This document shows positions 41,420 through 55,440 of a stretch of DNA of 64,000 nt, piece after piece (position 1 is the first letter of the stretch; every line of letters begins with the position of its first letter). The stretch covers positions 4,774,001 through 4,838,000 of the forward strand of contig OZ024752.1 of the NCBI GenBank assembly GCA_964016885.1. The letters run 5' to 3'. Origin of the DNA: Eledone cirrhosa. Its lineage: Eukaryota. A program made the translations under genes and the position numbers. Below the pieces are notes generated by a model. That model had not been told where the DNA came from. It made no database searches and was given only the letters and a program-made list of their open reading frames with translations.

Positions 41420-42335
41420 ATGGCAACTACTGTGAAAGAAAGTTTTTACGAAGAAATCTTTATGGATGATGATTTTTTAGGATGTATACAAGCCGATATT
41501 GATGGTGAAACAGTGGATTATGATAGCAGTGACAGCAACGACAACGATACTATGAAAAACAATTTACCTAGTGTGGAAACGATCATCCTTGGCTGATGGC
41601 TTTTTCTGGAGTACTGGCCCCAAAGAAGTGCCTGATGTCATTACCGAAGGCCTACTTCTTCATCTGTTTTTTTACAGACGAAATAATTCCATTACTGGTT
41701 AATGAAACAAATAAATATGCCAGCCAAGTGAAAGAAATGAGAGGTCCATATGCTGTTTCTCATTCCTATATCAACACGTGGAGTGAAGTTACTTTTGGTG
41801 AGATGAAGGCTTTCTTTTTAGCAATTACTAGCAGATTTACCCGGCGTTACCCGGGGTTTGAAATGCAACAAAGAATAAACAAGAAACAAACGATAATATT
41901 AGTGATTTATCTTCAAATGAATCTGATGTTTATATTTCTGTCAATAAAGTTGGTTATCTCCCTTTTTTATAAGGATTGTCAATAAAGTTGGTTATCTCCC
42001 TTACATCAATTTTGCTACCGATAATTTTGATATCGATTTTTTATTGTTCTACGTGGGTCGATTTGAAAGATTTTTGTGATGTGACCATCTTAGCGACCTG
42101 TGCAACGTGCACAGAAAATTTGGTCAAATTCGGTTGGTAATTGTAAACAGACACACACACATCCTCGCTTTTATATATATAGAAGATTCTTTTGATTGGG
42201 GTAAGCCTTTCATCATTCAATCTGTACTGGACTACAGATCACCTTATTGAGATGGCAGGCTTCCATAAAATCATGGCAAGGGATAGTCTGGTGGATTATA
42301 AAGTAGGCTGCACCCTGGAACTCCACAAACACTAA
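41420..42335 (+). pseudogene. piggyBac transposase N-terminal remnant
   Basis: Acidic N-terminus; FFTDEIIPLLVNETNKYA..WSEVTFGEMKAF..(Helitron)..LLIGV..YWTTDHLIEMAGFHKIMARD, matching the DDE_Tnp_1_7 pattern. Confidence 0.85.
41828..42186 (-). mobile_element. Short non-autonomous Helitron nested in piggyBac
   Basis: Minus 5' TCTTCTATATATATAAAA; 3' hairpin CCCGGGTAACGCCGGG plus CTAG; A|T target; removal restores host frame. Confidence 0.9.
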
Positions 42336-43095
42336 TAAACGTCACACATTTGCGATTTTTTTTGTTTTTGTGTATTTTTGTTTATTTTTCAATGTTAAAA
42401 GCCACATGCAGAATATAATTAATTACGTAAAAATATTGCTCATGCATCCCTTTATTAGCATTAAAAAAATGTCTGTACACAAAATACATAGAAAGTTATA
42501 ATAACTAGCAGAAAACCACCCTTCGGGTGGTTTTCTGCTAGTATGTGTAGTGTGCATATTGATATTATTCACAAGTATATATGATACATCAAATAAAATT
42601 GTAGATATGATACATCAAATAAAATTGTAATTGACAATATACACAGAAATTGAACAAAGTCTATGTTACACTCTCTTCTGTAGTCAGTAAAGTAATCCAT
42701 GATACATTTTAAAGAGACAATATTATATATAAACTGCATTAGGAGAAACATATACAATGTTTTTATATAATATAACCAGAAGTTTTGAGATTTGAAAATT
42801 TTAAAGAAGTGAATCTTTAAATAAGCAATAGAATATATCTAATCAAGAGTTACGAAATTTAGTACATAAATTATGTTATATTCATTCATTATTTACAAAC
42901 AATTATTTCTTCAAAGTAATCCAACTTATTTTACAAACGGGGTAAAAAATATATATTCTGGACGCAGTCTCACACTCCTTTCTTTATTATAGTTAAGATT
43001 TAAAAACAGGGTACATATATTTTTTTGCTACTACAAAAATAATGCAGTTGCAGGGGAAATAATTCAAAAAGTTTAGTGGAGCCTTAAAAGTTTTA

Positions 43096-43263
43096 CAGTG
43101 AAATTCCGTAATAACGAAATTCACGGGGTATAAAAAAAATGTGTTGTAACAAAAAATTCTTTATAACGAGATCAACCGAAACAAATCAAGCGTTTATTTA
43201 TTACCTCGAGGATTAAAAAAATTTCGTTATACTGAAAAATTCGTTATAATGGAATTTTACCTG
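43096..43263. mobile_element. Tc1/mariner(pogo)-like MITE
   Basis: TA-CAGTGAAATTCCGTAATAACGAA ... TTCGTTATAATGGAATTTTACCTG-TA. Confidence 0.75.
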
Positions 43264-43424
43264 TATTAATTGTTTTATCTACAACGTTGAAATCCTGTTA
43301 GATCAACTTCAAGTGAAATAAAACTTCTCTAGCTGTCTATCATATAATAATAATAATGAAATTATTGTGTACAGTGCTCAGGTGCACTACAACTCATCAA
43401 ATGTGCATGTATAGTACATAGAAT

Positions 43425-43603
43425 AATTGTTTCTACTTTTGGCACAAGGCCAGCAAATTATCTCAGTACTTTATTTTATTGACCCCGTAAGGATGAAAGG
43501 CAAAGTTAACCTCGGCAGGATTTGAACTCAGAACGTAAAGGGCCATAACTCTATGCTACAACGCATGGTATCCAATCCTCTACCGATACTGCCAATCAAC
43601 CGC
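43425..43603 (-). mobile_element. SINE family A
   Basis: Reverse complement of family A consensus. Confidence 0.88.
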
Positions 43604-43807
43604 GAAAGTGAACATGATATACATACAGATACATGCGTGTATATGGAGGTGGAAAATCAGGTGTAGTGTTGGTGAATTTCGGGAAGCACAGAAGTTTTGA
43701 AGGATGCAATATCCCGACAGCTATGTTATGTAGATGTAATTCATTAACATCATAGGTTTTACTATCTCTTACTGCTGATATTTGTTTTGTGTGTGTGTCC
43801 ATGTATA

Positions 43808-44567
43808 AAGGGCTGGATTTAATGGGGTGCAAAGGAGGCAAGTGCTCCGGGCCCACTGCAGTGGAGGACCTCACCAGCAATGGGCGTAGCAATTTATTTG
43901 TACGCTCAGCTGCACTTTTTAGTTTTAGGATGGTGAGAAATTATCAATTTAATACCTGTATGTATAACTTGTCAACTCTGGATGTCGGTGAGCATGTCCA
44001 GCTAACCTCAGTCTCTTCTGTGTCACTTTTGAGCTGACTTTTGGGAGGCTCCCGTACAGCTCTGAGTTTTTCATTCCTCAGTGTATACTGATTAATGTTC
44101 AGAGCAATCCTCAGCATTCTCGTGTAGTACCCATCCACCATCTGAGTGAGTTTCTTGGTCAGTGTCCAAGTCTCAGACCCGTACAGCAGCACAGACTCCA
44201 CTACAACAATGAAGAGTTGACATTGCACTCAGTGCTCCTGTGGGAGCCCCTACATGGACACACTGGAAGAGGAAGACCAAGGTTAACGTATGTTGATGCC
44301 CTAAGGACAGACACTGGTCTGTGGGAGACGCAGGACATGGCAGCGATAATGAGGGACAGAGACCGCTGGAGAGAACTCGTCCATGGATCTCGGGAATTTT
44401 ACCCGCCCTAGATAGATGTATAACTTTTCAGTTATAATTAATTGTGCCAAGCTAACTTTGATATGTAAAATTTGGGGTGAGGGGTATTCTAATGTTTTCT
44501 GTTTAAGGGGCTCCCTCAAACCTGAAATGCCCCGGGTGTCACAAAGGTTTTAAAAAATTCAACCCTG
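43808..44567. mobile_element. Old hAT-like MITE hosting a LINE insertion
   Basis: Degenerate TIRs AGGGCTGGATTT / AAATTCAACCCTG; GC-rich subterminal motifs. Confidence 0.5.
43971..44415 (+). mobile_element. 5'-inverted RTE LINE fragment with 11-bp TSD
   Basis: Minus VESVLLYGSETW..LAGHAHRHPELT continues on plus ELTLHSVLLWEP..GRPRLTYVD..DRDRWR; TSD ATGTATAACTT at 43960-43970 and 44416-44426. Confidence 0.88.
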
Positions 44568-44892
44568 ATTGTATGTCTGTCATCTTCGCTCTCTGGTGAG
44601 ATGACCCGCCCACCTTCTGTTGTATTAAACCATTAACTTCATCAACATTATAACTCCATTGATATCGGCAGCATTATCATCAATCATCATCATCAACATC
44701 ATAACATCATTGATACCACCACCACCACCACCATCATTTCAGTCATTAACATAACCACCACCACCACCACCACCACTACGATCATCATCATCTTCATGTC
44801 CAACTTCATTACTGTCTACAACAGCCATCATTGCCATCTTCCTCACCAACACCATTATCATTTCCATGGTTGTCTTCATCATTATCCAGCAT

Positions 44893-46335
44893 CACTACCA
44901 TCAACACCACCACCACTACCACCACAACCAACACCTCTACCACCAACACCACCATCACTACCACCAACACCACCATCACTACCACCAACTCCATCAACAC
45001 TACCATCAACACCACCACCACTACCACCACAACCAACACCTCTACCACCAACACCACCATCACTACCACCAACACCACCATCACTACCACCAACTCCATC
45101 AACACTACCATCAACACCACCACCACTACCACCACAACCAACACCTCTACCACCAACACCACCATCACTACCACCAACACTACCACCACTACCAACTCCA
45201 TCAACACTACCACCAACACCACCACCACTACCACCACAACCAACACCTCTACCACCAAACCACCATCACTACCACCAACACTACAGCCCCCACAACCAAC
45301 TCTACAATTACTACCACCAATACCACCACCAGTGTCATTACCATTCTCATCACCAACTCCTTTATTATCTACCACCACTGCCTCTACCACCATCACTACC
45401 TCTACCACCATCACTACCTCTACCACCATCACTGCCTCTACCACCATCACTGCCTCTACCACCACCAATTCCTCTACCACCATCACTACCTCTACCACCA
45501 TCACTACCTCTACCACCATCACTGCCTCTACCACCACCAATTCCTCTACCACCATCACTACCTCTACCACCATCACTACCTCTACCACCATCACTGCCTC
45601 TACCACCATCACTGCCTCTACCACCATCACTGCCTCTACCACCACCACTGCCTCTACCACCATCACTGCCTCTACCACCATCACTACCTCTACCACCACC
45701 ACTGCCTCTACCAGCACCAATACCTCTACCACCACCAATACCTCTACCACCATCACTGCCTCTACCACCACCACTGCCTCTACCACCACCAATTCCTCTA
45801 CCACCATCACTACCTCTACCACCATCACTACCTCTACCACCATCACTGCCTCTACCACCACCACTGCCTCTACCAGCACCAATACCTCTACCACCATCAC
45901 TACCTCTACCACCACCACTGCCTCTACCACCACCAATACCTCTACCACCATCACTGCCTCTACCACCACCACTGCCTCTACCACCACCAATTCCTCTACC
46001 ACCATCACTACCTCTACCACCATCACTGCCTCTACCACCACCACTGCCTCTACCAGCACCAATACCTCTACCACCACCACTGCCTCTACCACCACCAATT
46101 CCTCTACCACCATCACTGCCTCTACCACCACCACTGTCTCTACCACCACCAATTCCTCTACCACCATCACTACCTCTACCACCATCACTACCTCTACCAC
46201 CATCACTGCCTCTACCACCACCACTGCCTCTACCAGCACCAATACCTCTACCACCACCACTGCCTCTACCACCACCAATTCCTCTACCACCATCACTGCC
46301 TCTACCACCATCACTGCCTCTACCACCACCAGTAC
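44893..46335. repeat. 105-bp (x3.5) then 18-bp CCA-derived minisatellites
   Basis: Period 105 at 44893-45258; unit CCTCTACCACCATCACTR at 45370-46335. Confidence 0.92.
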
Positions 46336-46349
46336 CACCATCAATGTCA

Positions 46350-47838
46350 TTATGGGGATGGGCTCATATTGTCTACATGCTTCAGCGTCGGCCTCTACCC
46401 ATGGGAAGTCAGGTCTTCTGTATTACTGTGTGACACCAGAAGTCACGGTCCTGTGCCATCGCCTTTGAGAGGTGTAATTAGGTAAGGTCAGCTTTTATCA
46501 CCTCATCCCAGGTCTTCCTGGGTCTCCCCACTCCGCGGTTTCCATCGACTTCTAGTGCTCTGCACCTTTTTATGCAGCTGTCATCCTTCATACGCATCAC
46601 ATGTCCATACCAACGCAACCTCCTCTCCTGCACACAGCATTTGATTCCTCTTATGCTCAGTCTCTCTCTCTCAACTCGTTTATGCTTTGTCGTTCACGTA
46701 TATTACTATTACACATCCATCGGAGCATGCAGGCTTCATTTCTCTCTAATCTACACAAGTCTTCTACAGACAGCGCCCAGTTCTCACTACCATGTAACAT
46801 TGCTGTTCGTATGCACACATCATACAGCCTGCCTTTCATTTTGAGGGAAAAGCCTTTTGCAGCTAGCAGTGGTAGTAGCTGTCCCAGTACAGCTGCTGCA
46901 TGTAACGACTAGATTCTTAACTAAGCTTCCTGAGATCCCACTACATCTCTTGTGTACCCATAGTTTGCATTTGGAGCAGAAGATGGAGTTCCTACCTACA
47001 CCTTTCTTACATACTGAGCAAGGCCATTTCCCTAAGGGGATCTGGGCTCTGTTTTCTCATCTACTTACGAGGACCTTAGTCTTTGTCAGGTTGACTTTGA
47101 GACCCTTCCTTTCTACTCCCTGCTTCCATGTTTGGAATTTCTTCTTTAGTTCTGCCATAGATTCAGCTATAATTGTAAGATCATCCGCATTTAGGAGTTC
47201 CCATGGGCATCCGGTCTTAAACTCCTCTGTTATAGCCTGCAATACTATAATAAACAGGAGAGGTCTGGTGGACACCGACCTGTATGCTAAATTCCTCACT
47301 ATAGTCATTGTTAACTCTAACTTTGCTGACTGCTCCCCTATACATGGCTTGTACAGCTTTCACAAGCCATTCATCTACTCCTAGTTTTCTAAGAACCCAC
47401 CAGATTATAGCACGGGGCACTGTCGAAGGCTTTTTCCAGCTCAACAAATGCCAGGTAGAGCAGCTTACTTTTAGCTAGGTACTTTTCCTGTAACTGCCTC
47501 ACAAGGAAGAGGGCATCAGTGGTGCCTTTTCCTGGCACAAACCCAAACTGCCTCTCATCTAGTTTTACCCGGTCCCTAATCAACTGTGCTATAACTCTTT
47601 CCGTTACTTTCATGACCTGGTCCATCAGCTTTATACCTCTATAGTTTCCTCTATCTAATGCATCTCCTTTACCTTTGTAGCAGTTGACAATGATGCTGCT
47701 GCACCAATCGTTTGGTATGGCACCTTCTAGTATTACCTGGTTAACAATATGTGTGGTTATGGTGTGACCTACAAACCCAGATGCTTTCAGCATCTCGGCA
47801 GCTATACCCAATAGACCGTTTGCCTTCCTCATCTTCAT
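46350..47838 (-). mobile_element. RTE LINE RT region with frameshifts and deletions
   Basis: YKGKGDALDRGNYRGIKL, QFGFVPGKGTTDA, LAFVELEKAFD, PWELLNADDL (YADD variant), GLKVNLTKTK, HGSENW. Confidence 0.95.
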
Positions 47839-48211
47839 ATCTTTGATTCTGTCTCTCTCTGGCTTTCTCTATATATTTACATATCTTTTTCTTTCTCCTT
47901 CTCGGTCTCTCTATATCTACATATCTCTTTCTCTCTTAACCACTCTCTCTATATATATATGTATATATTCATGTATTGCTATTTCTCCCTCCCTCCATCT
48001 CTCTCTCAGCCCCTCCCTATATATTTCCATATCTCTCTCAAAACACTGACCTTTAGTTATCAAATTCTTGCATCTTAACTTTTCTCTTTTAGGAAATATT
48101 CTGGAAATAAGAAAAACACAATATATATATACAGATATAAAAGTTCAATATATATATATGTGTGTGTGTGTGTATATATATATACACACTCACACACACA
48201 CATATATATAT

Positions 48212-48557
48212 ATCATTTCATCATCATCATTTCATTTTACGTCCACTTTTCCCTGCTTGCAAGGGTGGGACGGGAACTGATTCTGGCTTGATTTCTACAG
48301 CTGGATGCCCTTCCTAACACCAACCTCATTTACAGTGAGTGCTGGGTGCTTTTTTGCCGTGGCGCCTCTACGACCACTTTGCAGTGGAATGATAGGGACC
48401 CCAGTCCCTATCATCTCATTTCTACAACTGAGTAAACTGGAGCAATGTGAAATAAAGTGTCTTGCTCAAGGACACAATACATCACCTGGTCTGAGAATTG
48501 AACTCACAACCTGTCGATTGCAAGGCCAATGTTCTAACCACTAAGCCATGTGCCTCC
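48212..48557 (-). mobile_element. SINE family B full-length
   Basis: Reverse complement of 18064-18408. Confidence 0.92.
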
Positions 48558-49146
48558 ATATATATACACACACATATATATATATATATTGAACCTTTAT
48601 ATCTGTACGTTTTTTATTATTTTTATTATTTTCCATGTTAAATCACTGAGTTTATTTGGCTGTGATTGTGTCCACATACATCAGTGTATATATGCCTGTA
48701 TGTGCGTGTATGTATGTGTGTGTATAAATGTGTGTGCATATATAGATATATGTGTTTGAATGTGATCATCTAAAAATATAGTATATATATATATATGTAT
48801 GTATGTATGTGTGTGTATGTGTGTGTTTTGAGTGAACACTTGTACGTAACTTGTTTCAAATATATTGTTTTTACTATTATTAATTTCAACTTCAAAAATA
48901 TTCTCTTAAAGATCTATTTCTTTGATTATTAATCTTGAGAAAATCTCAGGAACATTTCCTGCCTTACTTGAAATTGTTTTAACAGATTTATTTGTGTATA
49001 TGTGTACTTGGCTTTCTCTCTCTCTCTCTCTCTCTTCCCCTTTCTCTCTTTCTATGTCTGTTTATATGAGTATGAATATATACATATATATATATATATA
49101 TGTGTGTATGTGCATATGTATAGTTGTGTTTACATATGTTGGTGAA

Positions 49147-49178
<32 letters not shown>

Positions 49179-49812
49179 ATTGTTTCTACTTTAGGCACAA
49201 GGCCAGCAATTACCCAGTGCATTACTGGTACTTTAATATATATAATAATGATGATATATTATTGTGTATATTCAAATTTTAAATGTAGCCGCAGACACAC
49301 ATATATATACACATATACACACACACACGTGCACTTTCATCAATGATACACAAACCCCACTCACATACAGAGAAGCAATAATGGACACCCACGAAAATGT
49401 ACTCCATCATACACCTGGACTCTCCCCACATGCCAGACTTCCCACCTACCTTCTCCACCCTTCTTAAAACGTTTTTCTTTTCTCCTTCCAAATTTCTGAA
49501 CTCTCTATTTTCTGAAGAAGGACTTATGTCTGACACGTCGAAACCCTCATTTACTTCTTCCTAAGCGAGAAACTAATAAGACTTTGTGTTTTTGCATATT
49601 TGTATTTGCCTTGTCTATTATTGTAGTACAATGATAGTCAAATACTATAAATAATAGTACTTGGTGTTGGGAACTTTACCTGATTTTTTCAACTTTATTC
49701 ATAGTGAATGACTATTGTTATAGTCATTTACATTGGGAGGACTACATTTCAAATTTTCACCATGTCTCTTAAGTCAACCGGATGTTCACAAATATATATT
49801 TATTACTATAAT

Positions 49813-50150
49813 GGAGGCACATGGCTCAGTGGTTAGAGCATTGGCCTTGCAATCGAAAGAATGTGAGTTCAATTCTCAGACTGGGTGATGTGTTGTGTCC
49901 TTGAGCAAGACACTTTATTTCACATTGCTCCAGTTTACTCAGCTGTAGAAATGAGATGATAGGGACTGGGGTCCCTATCATTCCACTGTAAAGTGGACGT
50001 GGAGGGGCCACGGCAAAAAAGCACCCAGCACTCACTGTAAATGAGGTTGGTGTTAGGAAGGGCATCCAGCTGTAGAAATCAAGCCAGAATCAGTTCCCGT
50101 CCTACCCTTGCAAGCAAGGAAAAGCGGACGTAAAATGATGATGATGATGA
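49813..50150 (+). mobile_element. SINE family B full-length
   Basis: Near-identical to 18064-18408. Confidence 0.92.
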
Positions 50151-50453
50151 TAATCTAATTAGCTGTCTCCATGCATATGTGTGTAAATGTAAATTTACTT
50201 TATTTAAACAATCATATTTGTGTTTATGAGTATACGACAGAGTGTAATGTCAGAATTATTTAAGCATCAGATAGAATGTCTTGCAGTATTTGTTTGGCTT
50301 CGCTGATCTCAAATTGTGGTCAACTTTGCCTTTTATCCTTTTTGGTTTGATAAATAAAATATCAGTCTAGAGTAAAGGATTTGTAGAATTTTTAAGGCAT
50401 TGAATTAAATTTCCTGTCGAGCCTGTTCTGACAACTGGAGTCGCACTTCTGGT

Positions 50454-50490
<37 letters not shown>

Positions 50491-51959
50491 GTTTAACGTC
50501 CATTTTCCACGCTAGCATGGGTTTGGACGGGAATTTTCCCACTTGAGGCAAGATTGGTTGTCTTGCTCGTATAGGACTGTCTGGCGGGTTTTCTACGGCT
50601 GGATGCCCTTCCTAACACCAACCACGGTTATTGCAAAGTTCTGGCATCGTCCAACATAAAATAAAAACTGCCTGTGAAATTTCAGTAAACCCACAAAACT
50701 AATGTCGCACAAATTTGCGATGTATCTGCAAGGTGTGGCTATGATGGTCCCTTGTCTTTATTTTTCCTACTGCTACTATGATGGCCCTTTCTCCTCACAG
50801 TTGACTATGCTTGTACTACCTACCATCATATACTCTTTACTGATTTCTCTTCCTCTAATCACACTCTCAGATCCTATACAAACCATTACATCTAATCCTT
50901 CCTCTCCACAACATTGACCCTCTGGAATTCACTTGTTTACATATTTATCTTGCAGTTTTTGACTTGCAACCGTTTAAGCAGAACAATGTTGGCACCATTG
51001 TCACTGACTGGTCTTCAGTTGTGTCATAGATATGAGAACCTTTCTAGTGTTGGTGTCATGATAAAATGTACTTAGGTGACTGCAGGATCATATATAATGA
51101 AGCTGTAGCTTCCCCACCTAACTAAGAGGTCAGTAGCCCTACTTGAGTTCTAATTCGGTCTCTGAAAACCTGCCTAACCCTTGCTAGCAATGAAGAATGA
51201 TGGTGAATTATGATGTTGTATAAAAGGCTTTGGAGTATTTATTCTTGCTCTTACATTTTGGAAAGGCCATGTAGGTGTGACAAACTTCTTTGTATCTAGC
51301 CAACAAGATGGTGTCCTGGTAAAAATTATCCAAAGAAAGCAACTATATATTTTCTCAGGAAAATTCAAAGACAGGTACATGGTACTTGTCAAAGATACCA
51401 ACTGAAGTCATTCATTGATTTGATGACCTGGAAAGGATACAATCTAAAGGAAATTTGGCTGTTTTTTCTAGCAGATCAAATAACTATGTAGAGGGTCGCT
51501 CTACATTCAATTGGATTTGCATGCATATGTGTGTATGTATAAATGTATTTGTTGCGTGTGTGAGGTTTGTCTTACATGTATGACTAAGAATATGTGGTTA
51601 TGTGTAGTTGTGTATATGTGTGTGTAATTGTATAAGGATATTCTTGTGTGTGTGCGTGTGTGTTTGTAAGTGTACTTAAAATAAAAAAACAACAAAACAA
51701 AACCAAGCATTCTTGGTTGCAATGAAATCCCACAATGTTAAATATATTATTATTTCAAAGACTTCTCTTAATTTCAAGTTAATTCTTTACTTTACTTTTA
51801 TCTTTTAAGACCTTCTTGTATCAACTTCCTTTCCCCACACACTCATGTTTTGGTTTTGATTCTCTTTGAAGTTCACCATTCAATACTGTTCCTGTAAGAT
51901 TTTCTATGAAAGGGAGTGCTGAATGGGCTTGTAGTATATTTGGCATCAAATTTCAACAA

Positions 51960-53110
51960 ATAATAATAATAATTTTAGGCACAAGACCAGCAAATTTTGG
52001 AGGGAGGGGAGAATCGAACCAGTGCATTACTGGTACTTTATTTTATCGACCCTGCAAGGATGAAAGGCAAAGTTAACCTCAGCGGGATTAGCTTTGCATT
52101 TCATCCTTACAGAGTCAATAAAATAAAGTACCAGTTATGCACTGGGATAATTTCTGGCCTTGTGCCAAAAGTAGAGATATTATTATTTAGGGCAGTCCAA
52201 ATAATAATATTTCTACTTTTGGCACAAGGCCAGAAATTTGGGAGAAAGGGGTGAGTCACTTATATCGACTCCAGTGTATTACTGGTACTTTATTGTTTTG
52301 ACCTTAACAGAATTTGATCACAGATTGTAAAGATCAGGAACAAACACTGCAAATAATAATAATAATAATAATGCTTTCATTTATTGGCCAAAAGGGCCAA
52401 CAATGATAGCTGCATTGGGAATGATCAAAAACATGCAGACAAACCCCAGAGACTTAGAAAATATACACAAGCTTGAGAAAATAGCAATGCAAGATAGTGT
52501 ACACATATTATATGTATTACATAGTACATTTGATACAATAGAAAAGCTAAACCATAACAAAACTCTACACATCCATAACCATATCACACAGAGCTGCACT
52601 GAAGTTATGCAATGTAAACATACCATGAAAATAAAACTATTGAATAATCTCCATTAAATAGTAGTTTCTGATTTAGGCATAAAGCCACCAATTTTCGGGA
52701 GGGGAAAGTTGATTGCATTGACCCCCCCCCCTCCTGGTGTTAGATTTTATCGACCTCATAATGAAGAAAGGCAAAACTAACCTTGGCAAGATTTGAACTC
52801 AGAATGTAAAGGGCTGTAACTAAATACAGCATAGAATTTTGTCTGCCAATCCACTCAAATGTTCTGCCAATCCACCACTCTTCCACCAAATAATGATTTC
52901 TACTATTTGGAGAGAGGGGAAGTCGATTAAATCGACCTCAGTGCATTACTGGTACTTTATTTTATCGACCCCTGTAAGGATGAAAGGCAAAGTCAACCTC
53001 GGCGGGATTTGAACTCAGACTGTAAAGGCACGTAACTATGCTGGAAAGCATGTCTGACACTTTACCGACACTCCCAATTCACAATAATGGTTTCAGTTTT
53101 AGGTAGAAGA
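51960..53110. mobile_element. Pile-up of SINE family A copies of different ages on (AAT)n tracts
   Basis: At least five partial copies, mostly minus strand. Confidence 0.8.
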
Positions 53111-53164
53111 CCAAGGATGGTGGTGGTGATGGTATTGGCAATGAGGATGATGATGACCATGGCT

Positions 53165-53432
53165 ACCAATGGTACTGGCATCCACAAAGAGGAATGATGA
53201 TGGTGATGATGATGGTAATGGTGACAAAGATGAGGATGACTGTCCATGGTACTGGCATCCACAAAGAAGGATGATGATGATGATGATGGTAATGGTGACA
53301 AAGATGAGGATGACTGTCCATGGTACTGGCATCCACAAAGAAGGATGATGATGATGATGATGGTAATGGTGACAAAGATGAGGATGACTGTCCATGGTAC
53401 TGGCATCCACAAAGAAGGATGATGATGATGAT
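53165..53432. repeat. 74-77 bp minisatellite x3.6
   Basis: ATGGTACTGGCATCCACAAAG at 53169, 53246, 53320, 53394. Confidence 0.92.
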
Positions 53433-55109
53433 AAAAATTGAGAACAATATCCTGCATACTTTTGAAATTGTTCTCAGAACAAAATAAAATTCAACATTAA
53501 ATTTTTAAAAAAACCCCCAGAAAAATACGAATAAATAAGAAACAAGTAAACAAATCCAAGAAATTAAAAAACTTATAGAAAACAACTAAAATTGCCCCTC
53601 CCTCACTATTCTCACTCCCTCTGTCCCTCACTCTTCTCCCTTTCCTCTGTCCCTCCCTCCATTAATGTTGAGCTTTTTTTCACTGTCCCAGTCTTGCAGA
53701 CATAAGAAATATTTCTATAGAGGAGAAGGGATGGGTTAGGGTTATCATACAAGTCCAAGAATGTAATGAGTCATTAATATATATATATATGTGTGTGTGT
53801 ATACACACACACACATATATATTGTGTGTGTATATACATACACACACACACATATATATATATGTGTGTGTGTGTGTATACACAGACACACACACACATA
53901 TATATATGAAGTCTTTTTTTTCTAGAAAATATTAGAAATGCAAACTCCCAAGTAATTAAGTCAATCTATAAAATGTTCTGATTTGAATTCTTTTTCTTTC
54001 TATTTTTCTTTTTCTTCTTTTTCTTCCACTTTTTCTTATGTTTTTTGTTCTTCCTTTCCCCCTTCCTTTAGTCTTTCACCATCCTCCTCCTCCTCACCTC
54101 CCCATCACCATTCTCCCCTCATCATCCACCTAGTCATCATCATCTCCCTTATCCCCCTCCTCATCACCATTCTCCCCACCCCTCCTCATTATCCACCCTC
54201 TCTTCACCCCCCACTCCCCCACTCCCCCTACTCCTCATCATCATCATCATCATCACAACAGTATCAGTAAATCCAAAGAGGAATGAAAGCCAAAGTTAAT
54301 TTGAAGCTAAAATTCTAATCAAGCAAAGTTCCTTTAACGAAGAATTCACAATTAAATCAAAGCAATAATTAGATAACAATAGCCTCAGCTTTCTCCAAGG
54401 CACTAATTTACACTCCCTCGAATGTATGTGTATGTATATATGTGTATATATGTATGTTTATGTGTATGTATATATGTGTATGTATGTATGTGTATATGTG
54501 TATGCATGAGTTTGTGAATGTGTATGTATGAGTTCGTAAATGTGTATGTGTGAGTTTGTATGTATATGCATCTGTATGTTTGTATATGTGTATATATGTT
54601 TATGTATGAGTGAGTTTGTATGCATGTGTGTATATGTGTATGAGTGAGTTTGTAAATGTATGTGTGAATTTGTATGTTTATGTATGTATGTGTGTGTATA
54701 TGTATATGTATGTATATGTTTATATGTGTGTGTATATGTATGTTTGTATATATGTGTATAAATGTCCAAATAAACTTCTTTCATTTTGCATGTATACATC
54801 TATACAAACGTTTGTGTGTGTACACATACGTATATCTATACATATATGTGTATATGTATGTCTTTCAATATATATACCCTTATGTGTGTACACAAATCCA
54901 TGAATCTCCTTTGTTTTATTAATGTATATAAATTGGTGTATGTAAACGTTTATATATAGCTGTGTGTATATAAATGTGTATATGTCTGTTTGTGTGCATA
55001 AATGCATGTTTACAAGTGTTTATGGGCATATGTGGTTTTCAGTGTACGTCTATCTGTGTGTATTTATACATACTTGCATACACACACAAACATATATATA
55101 TATGGGATA

Positions 55110-55440
55110 ACAAGTTATCATTCTAGGTAATCCAGTTAGAGGTTGTGAATACTCTGTATTGTGGATAGTTTTAATGTACGGCGTTGTTTGACTCAACAAG
55201 AGGTTTCCTTGGTTAGGTGGCGAGTTTACAAGAATTCTCATGCAGGTTATTTCTGGAATAGTGAAAGATTGAAGAATAACTTGGTCGGCTGTACAAAAAG
55301 AGTTTTATTTACAGTATTAACAATTGTTTCGTTGATCAGGTGAGTCTAAAGGCCGCTAATCACTCGAAATTGCGTCACTCGACCTTATATACAGTGTGTG
55401 TCTCTGATCAAATCATCGGAATACTGCAATATGTATGTGT
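55110..55440 (+). mobile_element. Decayed Penelope-like element ORF C-terminus and 3' end
   Basis: YSVLWIV..GEFTRILMQ..GCTKRVLF remnants recall PLE GIY-YIG C-termini; degenerate hammerhead ..TCACTC-GAAA-TTGC-GTC near 55360-55376. Confidence 0.45.

Noticed and set aside
44796-46485. Pro/Thr/His-rich ORFs
   Set aside because: CCA-derived minisatellites running into an RTE remnant
51810-51950. Short open minus-strand peptide (AHSALPFIENLTGTVLNGELQRE)
   Set aside because: No convincing donor before the in-frame stop
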